A stretch of DNA of 45,100 nucleotides, the filler included, from Jimgerdemannia flammicorona (lineage: Eukaryota): assembly GCA_003990765.1 (NCBI GenBank). It is 2 parts of 2 records of this genome, joined end to end, with 100 filler letters (N's around TTAATTAATTAA, not from the genome) between each part and the next. Parts side by side here need not be neighbours in the genome. Positions count along the whole stretch, not along the records: positions 22,602 to 45,100 come from RBNJ01001263.1; 1 more part is not named here. One strand, given 5' to 3'. The notes below the pieces were generated by a model. It was given only the letters and a program-made list of their open reading frames with translations. It did not search any database and was not told the origin of the DNA. Below, piece by piece: positions 24,154 to 36,251 of this stretch (the stretch's first letter is position 1; each line of letters begins with the position of its first letter). The position numbers and the translations under genes are program-made.

Positions 24154-25793
24154 TTTGATAATCCCTCTGACATCCGGTCACCCTACCATTCCATATCAAC
24201 TCGCGGAATGGAAATGGGCCCTTCACTCACACCCCAACCAATCGCTCATTCAATATCACTTAACTGGTCTCTATCGTGGCTATCTTCATGGCAATCATTC
24301 ATATCCCGAGCTTCATATTGATTTGATATCTGATAACCTCACATTGGCCTACTGTTACCAAGATGTCCTCTCTGCCAACATTCACACTGAATTGTTAGCT
24401 GGCCACTATCTTGGCCTATTCACATCCCTTTCCATACTTCCTCTCGAATTTCGCCCCTTCTGCAATACACCCTTGGGTGCCATCCCCAAGAAACATTCCA
24501 CCAAATTTCAGACAATACAGCATCTCTCTTTTCCTATTGGTATATCTATCAATGATAGGATAGATCCTGATGAGTTTTTGATTCAGTACCAGTTGATTCA
24601 AGCTATTATTCTTCTGCTGATTTCCTTGAGTCCCTCCATGCTTTTCTGGAAAGCCAACATTGCTGAGGCATTCCACACTATCCCTGTCCACCATTCTGAT
24701 TGGGCCATGCAGGGCATCTGTTGGCTCAGTCTTTTCTTTCTTGATATTTTCCTTCCATTTGGCCTCTGCTAGGCCCCCTTCATCTTCACCTCTCTGATGG
24801 ATCTCTTTATGTGGATCTGTATTGAGTTGTACCACCTTTCTAATTTGGGACATTTCGTCGATGATTTCATCTATATGGCATTACCATCCAGCACCTATTC
24901 TTCATACACTCAGTTTCACACCATCATGTCTCAATTTGGTATTCCACTCCAATCCTCCAAAGACATTCCACCTACTTCGACAATCGAATATGTGGGTTTT
25001 CTTCTTGATACCCTTAGGATGACAATTAGTCTTCCTGCTGAAAAGTGTACCTATATACTGGCATTACTGACTGAGTGGCTCTTACCCTTCAGATAGGCTT
25101 ATTCTCATCATCTACACCCTCATTCCCATCATGATGCCCAATCTCTCTTGGGCTATCTTATGTATATTGTCCAGGTTCTCCTCAATGGGAAAGTATTCTG
25201 TGACTGCATCATTCACTTCGCTGCTTCCTGGAAACCACCCTATGTGGGACAGCATTTTCCATCTCCTCGACTTATCACCAATTTACAGTGGTAGCAAGAT
25301 ATCCTTCACTCATGGATAGGTCATCGCCTGCTTTTCCATTCTGACTGGCTTGATTGCAGTCTATTCATGGATACCTTGGGTACTTTTGGTGCTGGCAGCC
25401 TGTTAGGACATTGCTGATGGAGTATTCATTGGGCCTCCTCTTTCATAGCTCAGAGTGGTTATGACATATTCTGGAAGGAAATGTTTGCCATTTGGGTTTC
25501 ATTGGTGCTCTGGGGGTCTTCGTTTCATTTGCATCGCATCATTCTCTGGTGTGACAACCAACCCTGTATTGATTCTTTGGCCAGTAGTTGGGCTCATCAT
25601 CATCCTCTTGTTAATGACCTTCTTCATCAGATCATTCTCTTACATCTTGACCTGGGTTTCGATATTCAGGCTTGATATATCCCTTCTGCATCTAACCCTA
25701 CTGACCCATTATCTCGTCTCATCCTCCTGCCCCATTCCCAGAATCCTCTTCCTATATTGGTCACATCTCTCTTTGGCTTCGCCATTGATTTGA
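24130..25793 (+). pseudogene. Ngaro reverse transcriptase / RNase H
   Basis: TPLGAIPKK...HLSFPIGISINDRID, KANIAEAF..IPV, LPFGL..APFIF, HFVDDF, IEYVGF, DIFWKEMFAI and ILWCDNQ. Confidence 0.9.
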
Positions 25794-25799
25794 CACCTG

Positions 25800-26685
25800 T
25801 CTCTATCAGTGCACATACACCCAGACTGGGAATCTCCAAACCAGCACCAATTCTCTCCTTCGCTTCCTCAGCTCCTACAATATTGTAGAAGCCACTGCAT
25901 TCCCTCTTCAAGATGACCTTCTGATCTATTGGGTACTATGGCTCGCTAGCAAAGAAAAACCCTATTCTACTATCAAGAACTATTTTTATGACCTTGTCAC
26001 CTACCAAGTAGCTCATTGGCATGGTGCCTCTCTACAGTATACATCCCTACCTCTATTTGATGCTATCCTCAAGTCCATTCAGACCCACCCTCCACCATTA
26101 TCTGGTTCACTCGACTGCCACCTGATTACTCGTCAATATCTGTGATTAATCTGTCTCTCTCTCTGCATCGATAACCCTTTTGGCACTATAATATGGGCTG
26201 CAGCATGTACCGCATTTTATGGCCTTATGCATGTGGATGAACTAACTACTTAGGATGGCTTTTCTTTTCAACCCTCCTGGCAAGCATGCCAACAACACTT
26301 TCGATGATAGTGGGATTATGCCCTCTCCTGTCCCTTTTGGTCCTTGCATTTACCTTGTACAAAAACAGGCATGGCTGGCAATGTTTTTCTCAGCTTCTCT
26401 GGCACCTTTGATTGTCCATGCACTGCAATCGATAATATGATACACATCCTTCCTGCTCAAATGCAGGACCCTGCCTTTTGTCTGGGTCCAGCTCAGCCTT
26501 TTCTTCAATCTACATTCATCAGGGCAATTCAGTCTCCATTGACTGGCACTTCATTGGCAGTTGGTATTCATGGCCATTCCTTTCGAATTGGCCATGCTAC
26601 TTTATTAGCAATGGCGGGCTATCCCGACCACATTATTCAACTTGCCAGCCACTGGAAATTGACCACTTTTCTTCATTATATTTGA
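25800..26685 (+). pseudogene. Ngaro tyrosine recombinase
   Basis: WAAACTAFYGLM(R)VDEL, HLPCTKT, CPCTAI and GHSFRIGHATLLAMAG..DHIIQLASHWK....LHYI (H-x-x-R ... W ... Y). Confidence 0.9.
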
Positions 26686-27660
26686 CAACTCGATCATCTT
26701 TTACCACCAACTGCTGCTACATTGGCCAGACTTCCACTACCTGATTATCAGCAGGCTATGGGTTTGGCTAGTGATGGTCGAATATTGCCCACAAAGCAAG
26801 ATGCAGCACCCTTAGGAGCCTAACTCACTTTCCAGGTCTGCAGTATTGGCTCCTTTTGCTTTAACATGAATGGTGGGCCCTGGGGAAGTGTATGCTTCCA
26901 TATAAGCCAAACCCATCAACTTTAGTTATAATTACATTTTTACATACAATTACTCCTTTACAATTATTCCAGTTTACAGTATATAATTACTCCCAATTTT
27001 ATGGTCTATTCCTACATTTTACATACATTTTTACAGTACATTTGATTAGTCAATTATGCAAAGAATACTTTGATATAGTTATGAACATAGTTCAAACTTC
27101 AGCAAAGTGGTTGGAGCCACTTATCATTCATGCAGATTAGCCGCTTAATATTCATACATTCATGCAGAATAAGCTGCTAAAACAATTATGTGGAATATTT
27201 ATGCATTCCCCTGTGCTAGTTTCAATTGGCTCCTTATGCCAAATGCAACCTAGTTAGCACCAATTTCAGATAGACACCATATAGTTCTTTTATTTAGCGA
27301 CTGAGTATTCATCGCATCTCAGCTCTCACCGCTTTTAGCAACTAAGCATATACTATGCCAGTAATTGTTAGCAATCTTGCAGTTCAATTTGCACATCTCT
27401 CCCACCCATCCCTTATGGTTACATTCAATAAAACAGCTCCTTTTACTTTAATGTGAATGGTGGGCTCTGGGGAAGCATATGCTTCCATATAAGCCAAACC
27501 CATCAACTTCAGTTATAATTACATTTTTACATACAATTACTTCTTTACAATTATTCCAGTTTACAGTATATAATTACTCCCAATTTTATGGTCTATACCT
27601 ACATTTTACATACATTTTTATGGTTTATATTTAATTAGTCAATTATGTAAAGGACACTTT

Positions 27661-29769
27661 ACTAGGTATAAGTTCTTTGGAACAGGACATCATAGAGGGT
27701 GAGAATCCCATTTATGACCCGGAATAGTATACTATGTGATATGTTTTCTAAGAGTCAGGTTGTTTGGGAATGCAGCCTAAAATGGGTGGTAAATTTTATC
27801 TAAAGCTAAATATTGGTGAGAGACCAATAGCAAACAAGTACTGTAAGGGAAAGATGAAAAGAACTTTGAAAAGAGAGTTAAATAGTATGTGAAATTATTG
27901 AAAGGGAAACATTTGAAATCAGTTGTACAGGTAAGTAATCAGCTTGGCCTTTGGGTCTTGTGCACTTACTCGTCTTGCAGACCAGCATCAGTTTTGTTTA
28001 CCAGATAAATGCTAAGAGAATATAGCTCAATCTTTTATGAGGAGGGGTGTTATAGCCCTGGTAAATATGTTGGTCAAGACTGAGGTCTGCAGTCGATGCC
28101 TCTCAGGGCTGGGGACTCCATCGCTCATTCGCACCTATGCCTAGACAGCTTGCTGACTAGGTGTGTGATCTGTGGGTGATATGGTGGCCTACTACACATC
28201 GACTTGGGTTGCTGGCATAATGGTTTTAAATGATCCATCTTAAAACACGGACCAAGGAGTCTAATATATATGTGAGTGTTTGGGTGGCAAACCCATGTGT
28301 ATAATGAAAGTGAATGTAGGTGAGATTCTCATTGAGTATCATCGACTGATCTTGAAATTTTTGAATGGATTTGAGTAAGAGCATATCTGTTGGGACCCAA
28401 AAGATGGTGAACTATACCTGAATAGGGTGAAGCCAGAGGAAACTCTGGTGGAGGCTCATAGCAATTCTGATATGCAAATCGATCATCAAATTTGGATATA
28501 GGGGTGAAAGACTAATCGAACCATCTAATAGCTGGTTCCTGCCAAAGTTTCCCTCAGAATAGCAGAAACTTGTTCAGTTTTATGAGGTAAAGCAAATGAT
28601 TAGAGGCCTTAGGGTTGTAACAGCCTTAATCTATTCTCAAACTTTAAATATATAAGAAGTTTAGGTTACTTTGTTTGAACCTGTGACATTTCGAATAAGA
28701 GTTTCTAGTGGGCCATTTTTGGTAAGCAGAACTGGCAATGTGGGATGAACTGAACATGAGGTTAAGGCACTGGAATATATGCTCATTTAGATATTACAAA
28801 AGGTGTTAGTTCATCTAGATAGCAGGATAGTGGCCATGGAAGTTGGAATCCACCAAGGAGTGTATAACAACTCACCTACCGAATGAACTAGCCCTGAAAA
28901 TGGATGGTGCTCAAGCATGTTGCCCATACCTCACCATCAGGGTTAAAGTGAAGCCCTGACGAGTAGGCAGGCATGGAGGTCATGACAAAGCTTTGGGCAT
29001 AAGCCCGAGTGAAATGGCCTCTAGTGCAGATCTTAGTGGTAGAAGCAAATATTCAAATGAGAACTTTAAAGACTGAAGTAGAGAAAGGTTTCTTGTGAAC
29101 AGTAGTTGAACAAGGGTTAGTTGATCCTAAGAGATAGGGAAGTTCCATTTCAAAGAGGTCAATTCTGTCAACCCACCTATTGACAGAGAAGCCGGTTAAT
29201 ATTCTGGCACCGGGATGTGGATTTCCATCACGGCAATATAAATGAACTTGGAGATGCCAGTGAGAGCCCTGGGAAGAGTTATCTTTTCTTTTTAACAGCC
29301 TGTTACCCTGAAATTGATTTAGCTGGAGATAGGGTTCCATGGTCTGGTAGAGCTTGATACTTCTGTTGGGTCTGATGTACTCTCAACAGCCCTTGAAAAT
29401 CCAAGGGAAAGAATGATTTTCACACCTGGTCATACTCATAACCACAGCAGGTCTCCAAGGTGAACAGCCTCTTGTTGATAGAACAATGTAGGTAAGGGAA
29501 GTCGGCAAAATAGATCTGTAACTTTGGGAAAAGGATTGGCTCTAAGGGTTGGGCTAGCTGGGCCTTATCCGAATGCTATCAGACCTGGTCGGGGCTACTT
29601 CATTGGCAACTTCAGGGTGGACTTGATTGGGACTGGTGTGCTTTTGGGTTTGGCTGCCCCACGGCATCCAGCTAGTGCTTAACAACCAACTTAGAACTGG
29701 TATAGACAAGGAGAATCTGACTGTCTAATTAAAACATAGCATTGCAATGTCCAGAAAGTGGTGTTGATG

Positions 29770-29803
<34 letters not shown>

Positions 29804-29838
29804 AGTGAAGAAATTCAACCAAGCATAGGTAAATGGCA

Positions 29839-29875
<37 letters not shown>

Positions 29876-29927
29876 TGCCATCTAATTAGTGATGCACATG
29901 AATAGATTAATGAGATTCCCACTATCT

Positions 29928-29963
<36 letters not shown>

Positions 29964-29984
29964 AGGCTTGGCAGAATCGGCAGA

Positions 29985-30015
<31 letters not shown>

Positions 30016-30976
30016 TTGATATTGTAAAAAGACATAGGGGGTGTAGGATAAGTGGGAGCTTCAGCAATAGTGAAATACCACTACTCTTATCATTTTTTTA
30101 CTTATTTAATGAGATAGGAGCAGGCTTCATGGCCTACTTTCTGGCATTAATGCAGCTCATCCGTAGATCTAGGTTAAAGATATTGCCAGGTGGGGAGTTT
30201 GGCTGGGGCGGTACATCTGTTAAAAGATAATGCAGATGTCCTAAGGGGGACTCAACAAGAACAGAAATCTCATGTAGAATAAAAGGGTAAAAGTCCCCTT
30301 GATTCTGATTTTCAGTGTGAATACAAACCATGAAAGTGTGGCCTATTGATCCTTTAGTCCCTCGAAATTTGAGGCTAGAGGTGCCAGAAAAGTTACCACA
30401 GGGATACCTGACTTGTGGCAGCCAAGCATTCATAGCAACATTGCTTTTTGATTCTTTGATGTTGGCTCTTCCTATCATACCAAAGTAGAATTTGGTAAGC
30501 ATTAGATTGTTTACCCACTAATAGGAAATATGAGCTGGGTTTAGACCATCGTGAGACAGATTAGTTTTACCCTACTGATGAAAAGTTATTGCAATAGTAA
30601 TTGAAGTTAGTACAAGAGGAACCCTTCATTTGGATAATTGGTATTTGCAGTTGTCTGAAAAGACAATGCCGTAAAGCTACCATCTGCTAGATTATGGCTG
30701 AACACCTCTAAGTCAGAATCCATGCTAGAAGCAATGATCTTATACCTTCTCTATGTTTAGTCGAATAACAATAGAGCTTCGGCTCCTGAATCATACTAGG
30801 GGGGTGTTGAGTGCATGGCAGAAAAGGCTGCATTCTTTGCTCCTGAATTGCAATTTCAAATATTGGAGAGGATAAATCCTTTGCAGATGACTTAAATAGA
30901 ACTGGGTATTGTAAGCAGTAGAGTAGCCTTGTTGCTATGATCTGCTGAGATTAAGCCTCTTGTTCTAAAGATTTGT
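27661..30976 (+). rRNA. 28S (LSU) rRNA pseudogene, lacking roughly the first 180-190 nt, with C:G>T:A hypermutation
   Basis: Starts in D1 (gttctttggaacaggacatcatagagggtgagaatccc), follows conserved LSU blocks throughout and ends gatctgctgagattaagcc..gatttgt. The sarcin-ricin loop is mutated to agtacaagaggaac (30609-30622). Confidence 0.95.
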
Positions 30977-31018
30977 TCATTTTATATGAGCATTTTCTTT
31001 TTCCTTCATATAGATCCG

Positions 31019-31200
31019 TTTGTATAGGGTGGGCAGCATCCCTTGTGGTTATCCTGCAATTTCTTTACTTAGTGTATGTGTGTAGGGTGGGCAGCATCCC
31101 TTCTCTTGTTGTTATTCTCCTTATATATGTATCTTTTTCTTTCTCGACTCATTTGTGTGGGGCCAGCATTGTGTCTCTTGTTGTGATTATCCTGCTCTTG
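31019..31200. repeat. 3'ETS/IGS-like region with three short imperfect repeats (gggcagcatccctt...)
   Basis: gtagggtgggcagcatccctt occurs twice, plus a diverged third copy, just downstream of the 28S end. Confidence 0.5.
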
Positions 31201-31821
31201 ATATCTGCTATCTCTTCCGAATCCTGTAGGCCATTATTATGTTGGTGTGGTTGGAAACGTGTCAGCATGTTGGTTAGATTAAAAAATTCAACGGCTGGGG
31301 TGTTGTGTACTGAACAGCAGATTTTATTTTTGTGTTATAACATAAACCCACCCGGGCGTTCGAGTTATTTATTTTCCTGGTGATCGATCGAATTTTCCAG
31401 GTCGTATATATATATATACGTTAAACTAATCTACCATCTGTCTAAATGCGACAGACTTATCCTGTTCCAACCTGTAAAAACGATAATGAAACAACGACGA
31501 TTATTTGCAAAACAGCTCAACCTATAAAGGTCTTGATGATCAAGGCTGCTGTAATGTACACATATATGTGTGCGTGGCTCATTGGGTTCATGGTTAGCTT
31601 TATGGCCAATATTTACAGTGCTGGCCGGATTAACCCACCGGTCCAAACCACCTAGACTGGAAACTACTCTTGCTGGGCGAAGATTTTCCAAATTAGTAGC
31701 CCTGGATTTTATTTTGCTTTGGCCAAAGGCAATTGAGTTGGGGGCTGGCATTATGGTTATGACCTGGAAAGTCACCTCTTCGTGTCACTTTCTCCCACAT
31801 ATATTCTCTAACACATGCACA

Positions 31822-32515
31822 CCCATTTTCTTACACGCATTATACCCAACTCACCCAACGCGTTGTTTTCTCACCCAACACGTCATTTTCTTACCCATCA
31901 CGTTGTTTCTCACCCGATGCATCCCAACGCGTTGTTTCTCACCCAACGCGTTGTTTTCTCACCCAACACGTCATTTTCTTACCCATCACGTTGTTTCTCA
32001 CCCGATGCATCCCAACGGGTTGTTTCTCACCCAACGCGTTGTTTTCTCACCCAACACATTGTTTTCTTACCCAACACGTTGTTTCTCACCTAATGCGATG
32101 TTTTCTCACCCAACGCGTTGTTTTCTCACCCAACACGGTCCCAACGCATTGATTTATCACCCAACACATTGTTTTCTTACCCAACACGTTGTTTCTCACC
32201 TAATGCGATGTTTTCTCATCCAACGCGTTGTTTTCTCACCCAACACGTTGTTACATTGTTTTCTTACCCAACACATTATTTCTCACCCGACGCGTCCCCA
32301 CGCATTGATTTCTCACCCAATGCATTCGCACTGTTTTCTTACCAATGCGTTGTTTTCTTACCCGAGCATTGTTTTCTTATGCATGAAGTGTCTTCTTAAT
32401 TATGCATTCGCATTGTTTTCTTATCCAAGCATTGTTTTCTTATTAAGCATTGTTTTCTTACTCCCACATTGTTTTCTTACTCACACATTGTTTACTTATC
32501 CACATATTGTTTTCT
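31822..32515. repeat. ~20-nt minisatellite (ttttctcacccaacgcgttg)n
   Basis: About 30 imperfect units, decaying toward cacattgttttcttac at the 3' end. Confidence 0.9.
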
Positions 32516-33977
32516 TTCCTCTCATGAGACTACCCTATGTTCCAACTGCAATTGCCTTGCACTTTGCAAAAATGTGGCCAATAGAAATCTACAGTGAGTT
32601 TGTTTCTTTGGCTTTTGCATCACTGCACAACATGGCAAGTATACTCTTCATAATCTCCAAATCCTTAATATTCAGTTAAATTTTTTAATCATCTTATTTA
32701 CTCACTATTCTACCTTCATTTCAACTCTGCATAGGGAAAACAATTTCAATGTAAAGACAAAACTGAAATTCATATATACATATAACAGAGACTCAGTATA
32801 TTAATATATAAAGAGGGCAGAGAAGAATATTACAGTAAACTCGAGACTATATACAAATATTATTATCATATGCTGACAGTATCTCTTTATCTCAGAAATC
32901 TTTGCTAATATCAGCACTATCTTAAGGAGTATAACTCTTTCATTCAGTACTATCTCAGTATCTTTCTGACCTCTTTATTATATTATATTATCTATATAGT
33001 CAAAATGTTTACCTGTTATAGTATGTTCCAAAACTGAATCAATGTTTTATTAAAATTTATATTATTTATATTTCAATTATTTAAATAGAAATACTCTATA
33101 TAAATATATTTTATATTATAATATATTATAGTTTTATATTATAATATATTATAGTTTTATATTAGAGATATTTAAAAATATTAAATTTATTATTTTTAAA
33201 TTTTTATTTTTCTTTAAAAAAAATTCTAAAAAAAAAAATTATTTAATAATATTGTTTATTTAATAGACAGACAATAAATTGAGATATATTTTTAAAACTT
33301 ATTATAGTTATTCTTTAAATATTTCTCTATAATCTCATTTAATTTATTTTTTAAATTATATTTATTTATCTTTTATAAAAATAATAAAAAAACTCTTTTT
33401 AAATATATATAAATATATATAATATATTATTAATATACTGAATTCAAACATTAAAGTAATGATATTTTATACAAAGAAGGCTATTTAAATATACTTTCTA
33501 CTCATAATAAATTATAATTTATTTATTAAATAGATTAGTTATAGTTTGAGATTATATAAATTATTATAGTATTAAATATATATATAAGAATAACAGGAGA
33601 ATAAATAGATACAGACTGATATTAGGTAACTAGAAGTGTATAGTATTCTTTAATAAAACAAAATCAATTATTTTGGATTCTATATATGATATCTGTCTTT
33701 TCTATCATTAATAAATTTTACAGTCAATCTATATTATGTGATCTTTTCTACTTTGAAAATGCCACAAAACTACTTTAAACTAACTACAAATATGCAAACA
33801 GTATATTGTTATTATCTTTAATATTTAAGATACTATAAAATTGAATCAAAGATACAAAATATCACTTAATACAAGTTATATAATATCAATTAACTAAAAT
33901 TTAAAGATGACTAAAAAAGATATATATTATATGTAGAATCCAAAATAATTAATTGTTGTTTTATTAAAGGATATTAT

Positions 33978-35510
33978 TGTAATGGTGACCCCAGAATGAT
34001 GACATCAGCACAGGAGACAGCCTTTCCTTACAAGCCACCAGATTGGAACATAAGATCATACAGCATATGAGATGAGCAATGATGACCAACTGTGAGTCAT
34101 TGTGACTACAGTACAAGCATCCTGAAGAATATAAAAGAAGGATCAAGGAACCACAGTAGCAGTAACCAATAAGAACCACCAATCCCAAAATAGCTCAAAG
34201 ACTTACCACAAATGAAATGTCTGCTGCCCGCCAAACCTCAAGATCAAGGAACCACCAAGGTATCTCAGTTGAAGAAAGGATGTTCCCTGACATCAGAAGA
34301 GCTATGAGGACCCACTCAAGGACTCCTAGTGTCAACCTGGGTACTGCAGACCTCTATCACTTTATTCTCTACTGCTGTAAAATGGAAACAAGGATCACCA
34401 TTGCTACCGAATGCCTCCAAATGTGGCAGGAGTACAAAATAGGAAACCTCCTCTGCCAGGAGTTCCTACAGGCCAGCCCTCAAGAGCTATAAGATACCAC
34501 TCCCATGGATATATGCAAGACAAGAACAGCTAAGAAGATCCATCAGATCTTCAGGCATGCACTATGGTCGATCTCCAACTTGGAGTATGTTAGAGTCTCA
34601 GACTTCAGAGACCTGTCATCCTGCTATATCAATATACTAAAAGCCAGGGTGGCCACAGAAGCTCAGTCCACTATCACCCTCAACAGTGATGAAGTAGAAA
34701 ACTTCTGGCATCCCATCCTTCAGGACAACCCAGACCAATTCCTGCAAGGATTGATCTCAGTATTCCAAGGCCCAAGCATCCAGGTTAGACCTCCCCAAGA
34801 CTCCACATTTGTTCCCTATTTTGTGGAAGAGAACCTCATAGACTGGAGAGCTCCAGATCCCCTTGTCTCACTGCCACCGAATGTGATGACGTCATCAGCA
34901 ATGATGTCATCCTGCGCAACATCAAAGTACGTGAAATGCATGACCTACATGATGAATTCATAGATCTCATCTCCTTCAGTGATGATGATGATGATGATGA
35001 AGCCCCCATGGTCCTGAACTTTCTGCTCTAAGTTCTTTATTACACTGAATAATGCCAGCACCAATATTCTCATGTAACACTGGATAATGCCAGCACTGGT
35101 ATTCTGAGGTGATACAAAATTGTTCTAGCACCAGTATTCTGATATAACATTGAATTATACCAGCATCCTTAATCTGTACAACCATCAGTACTGACCCTGG
35201 AACTTAGTAGTTTTAGTTATTGGAATTTATATTTAGCTTTATATCTTAGCAACCATTGAATTATATTTTATATAAATACCCCTCTTATTTCCTCTGAAAT
35301 AAAGTCAGTCAACTCAGTATAATACACACTCTTCCTTGCAAGCAATCTAAGAGATAACAAGACAGTTTAAAGATAAGAAGTTTGAGAACTATAAGACCTT
35401 GGGAAGGCACTCCAATAAGAACTTGCTTATAACAAACTTGAGTTAGTCTAAGAGATACATCTTGAAGAGAATCTAGTATATTTGAAGGACTCAGCAACTA
35501 CTACATGACA
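33978..35510 (+). mobile_element. 5' LTR (1533 bp) of Ty3/Gypsy family 2
   Basis: TGT...ACA termini, tataaatacccc at ~35271 and aataaa at ~35298. Followed by PBS-like tggtgcccattggctgg (35514) and gag. Homologous to 12421-13974. Confidence 0.88.
34217..35031 (+). pseudogene. ORF encoded inside the LTR (~270 aa ancestral, one stop and one frameshift), unknown function
   Basis: 34217-34492 and 34505-34963 share a frame. After a shift near 34865 the reading continues ..DLISFSDDDDDDDEAPMVLNFLL*, matching ..DLISFEDILSS...KAPKNLNILL* of the minus-strand copy (12910-13134). Confidence 0.75.
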
Positions 35511-35610
35511 ACTTGGTGCCCATTGGCTGGTGATTCATGATGAAAAATGAACAACCCCCACAATAACTACCCTGACTACAAGAGTCACCCCTGCAAGAAT
35601 TCAAGACAAG

Positions 35611-35983
35611 ATGGAAATGTGTCTCCCCACATTCTATGGATATACTACTGAAGAGTCAATCCTGACCTTCATTGAAGACTTTAAACAATTCACCACCATA
35701 TGAGCCCTTGGTGTGGATGCTCAATTGGTCCTTCTACCAGTCAGTCTCAGAGGACCTGCCAGAGACAAGTTCAATGCAGTCACCATTGCTGATGCTGGTG
35801 CAGTCAAACTTGCCAACATGAAGGCCTTCCTCAGAACAATATACTATACTGAAGAGATCAAGCAAGCTCTCAAGGATCAACTTAATACTATCTGCCAGAG
35901 ACTTAGTGAAGATCCCAACTTATTCTATACTCAAATCTGCCACCAGATTTTCTTGGCTGGCTATAATGACCACCTCAAGGAAC

Positions 35984-35986
<3 letters not shown>
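35611..35986 (+). pseudogene. Ty3/Gypsy gag N-terminus, interrupted by a LINE
   Basis: LPTFYG....SILTFIEDFKQF...LPVSLRGPARDKF...LNTICQRLSEDPNLFY, located after the LTR and PBS. Confidence 0.8.
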
Positions 35987-36042
<56 letters not shown>

Positions 36043-36251
36043 GTTACTTGGACTCCTTTATTATGGAACTATCTAATAAAACAAGACCCTATCTGACAAC
36101 TACTATAAATATAAATACAAAGAAGGGCCTAGCAGCCAACTTCTTCTTTCTACTGCACTCCCTTCTCACCAAGTACTAGGTGCTCTTGACTTTTCCGGAC
36201 AATTTCTAGTACCTTTCTCATGGCTCCCAACTGGTGCCTCTTCTCCTGATA

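Larger units (their letters stand above)
23255..27660 (+). mobile_element. Ngaro-type (DIRS order) tyrosine-recombinase retrotransposon, 5'-truncated, with split direct repeats B1-A2-B2
   Basis: gag-like, RT/RNase H and YR ORFs in order. B1 (26849-27071) is nearly identical to B2 (27436-27660), and the two flank A2 (~27077-27435). Confidence 0.92.

Noticed and set aside
29053..30502. Antisense ORFs in the rRNA region
   Set aside because: Spurious ORFs on the opposite strand of 28S.
30977..31820. 5S rRNA gene in the spacer
   Set aside because: No 5S-like sequence recognised on either strand.
31570..32679. 369-aa ORF
   Set aside because: Arises from a stop-poor minisatellite; all three frames are open and repetitive.
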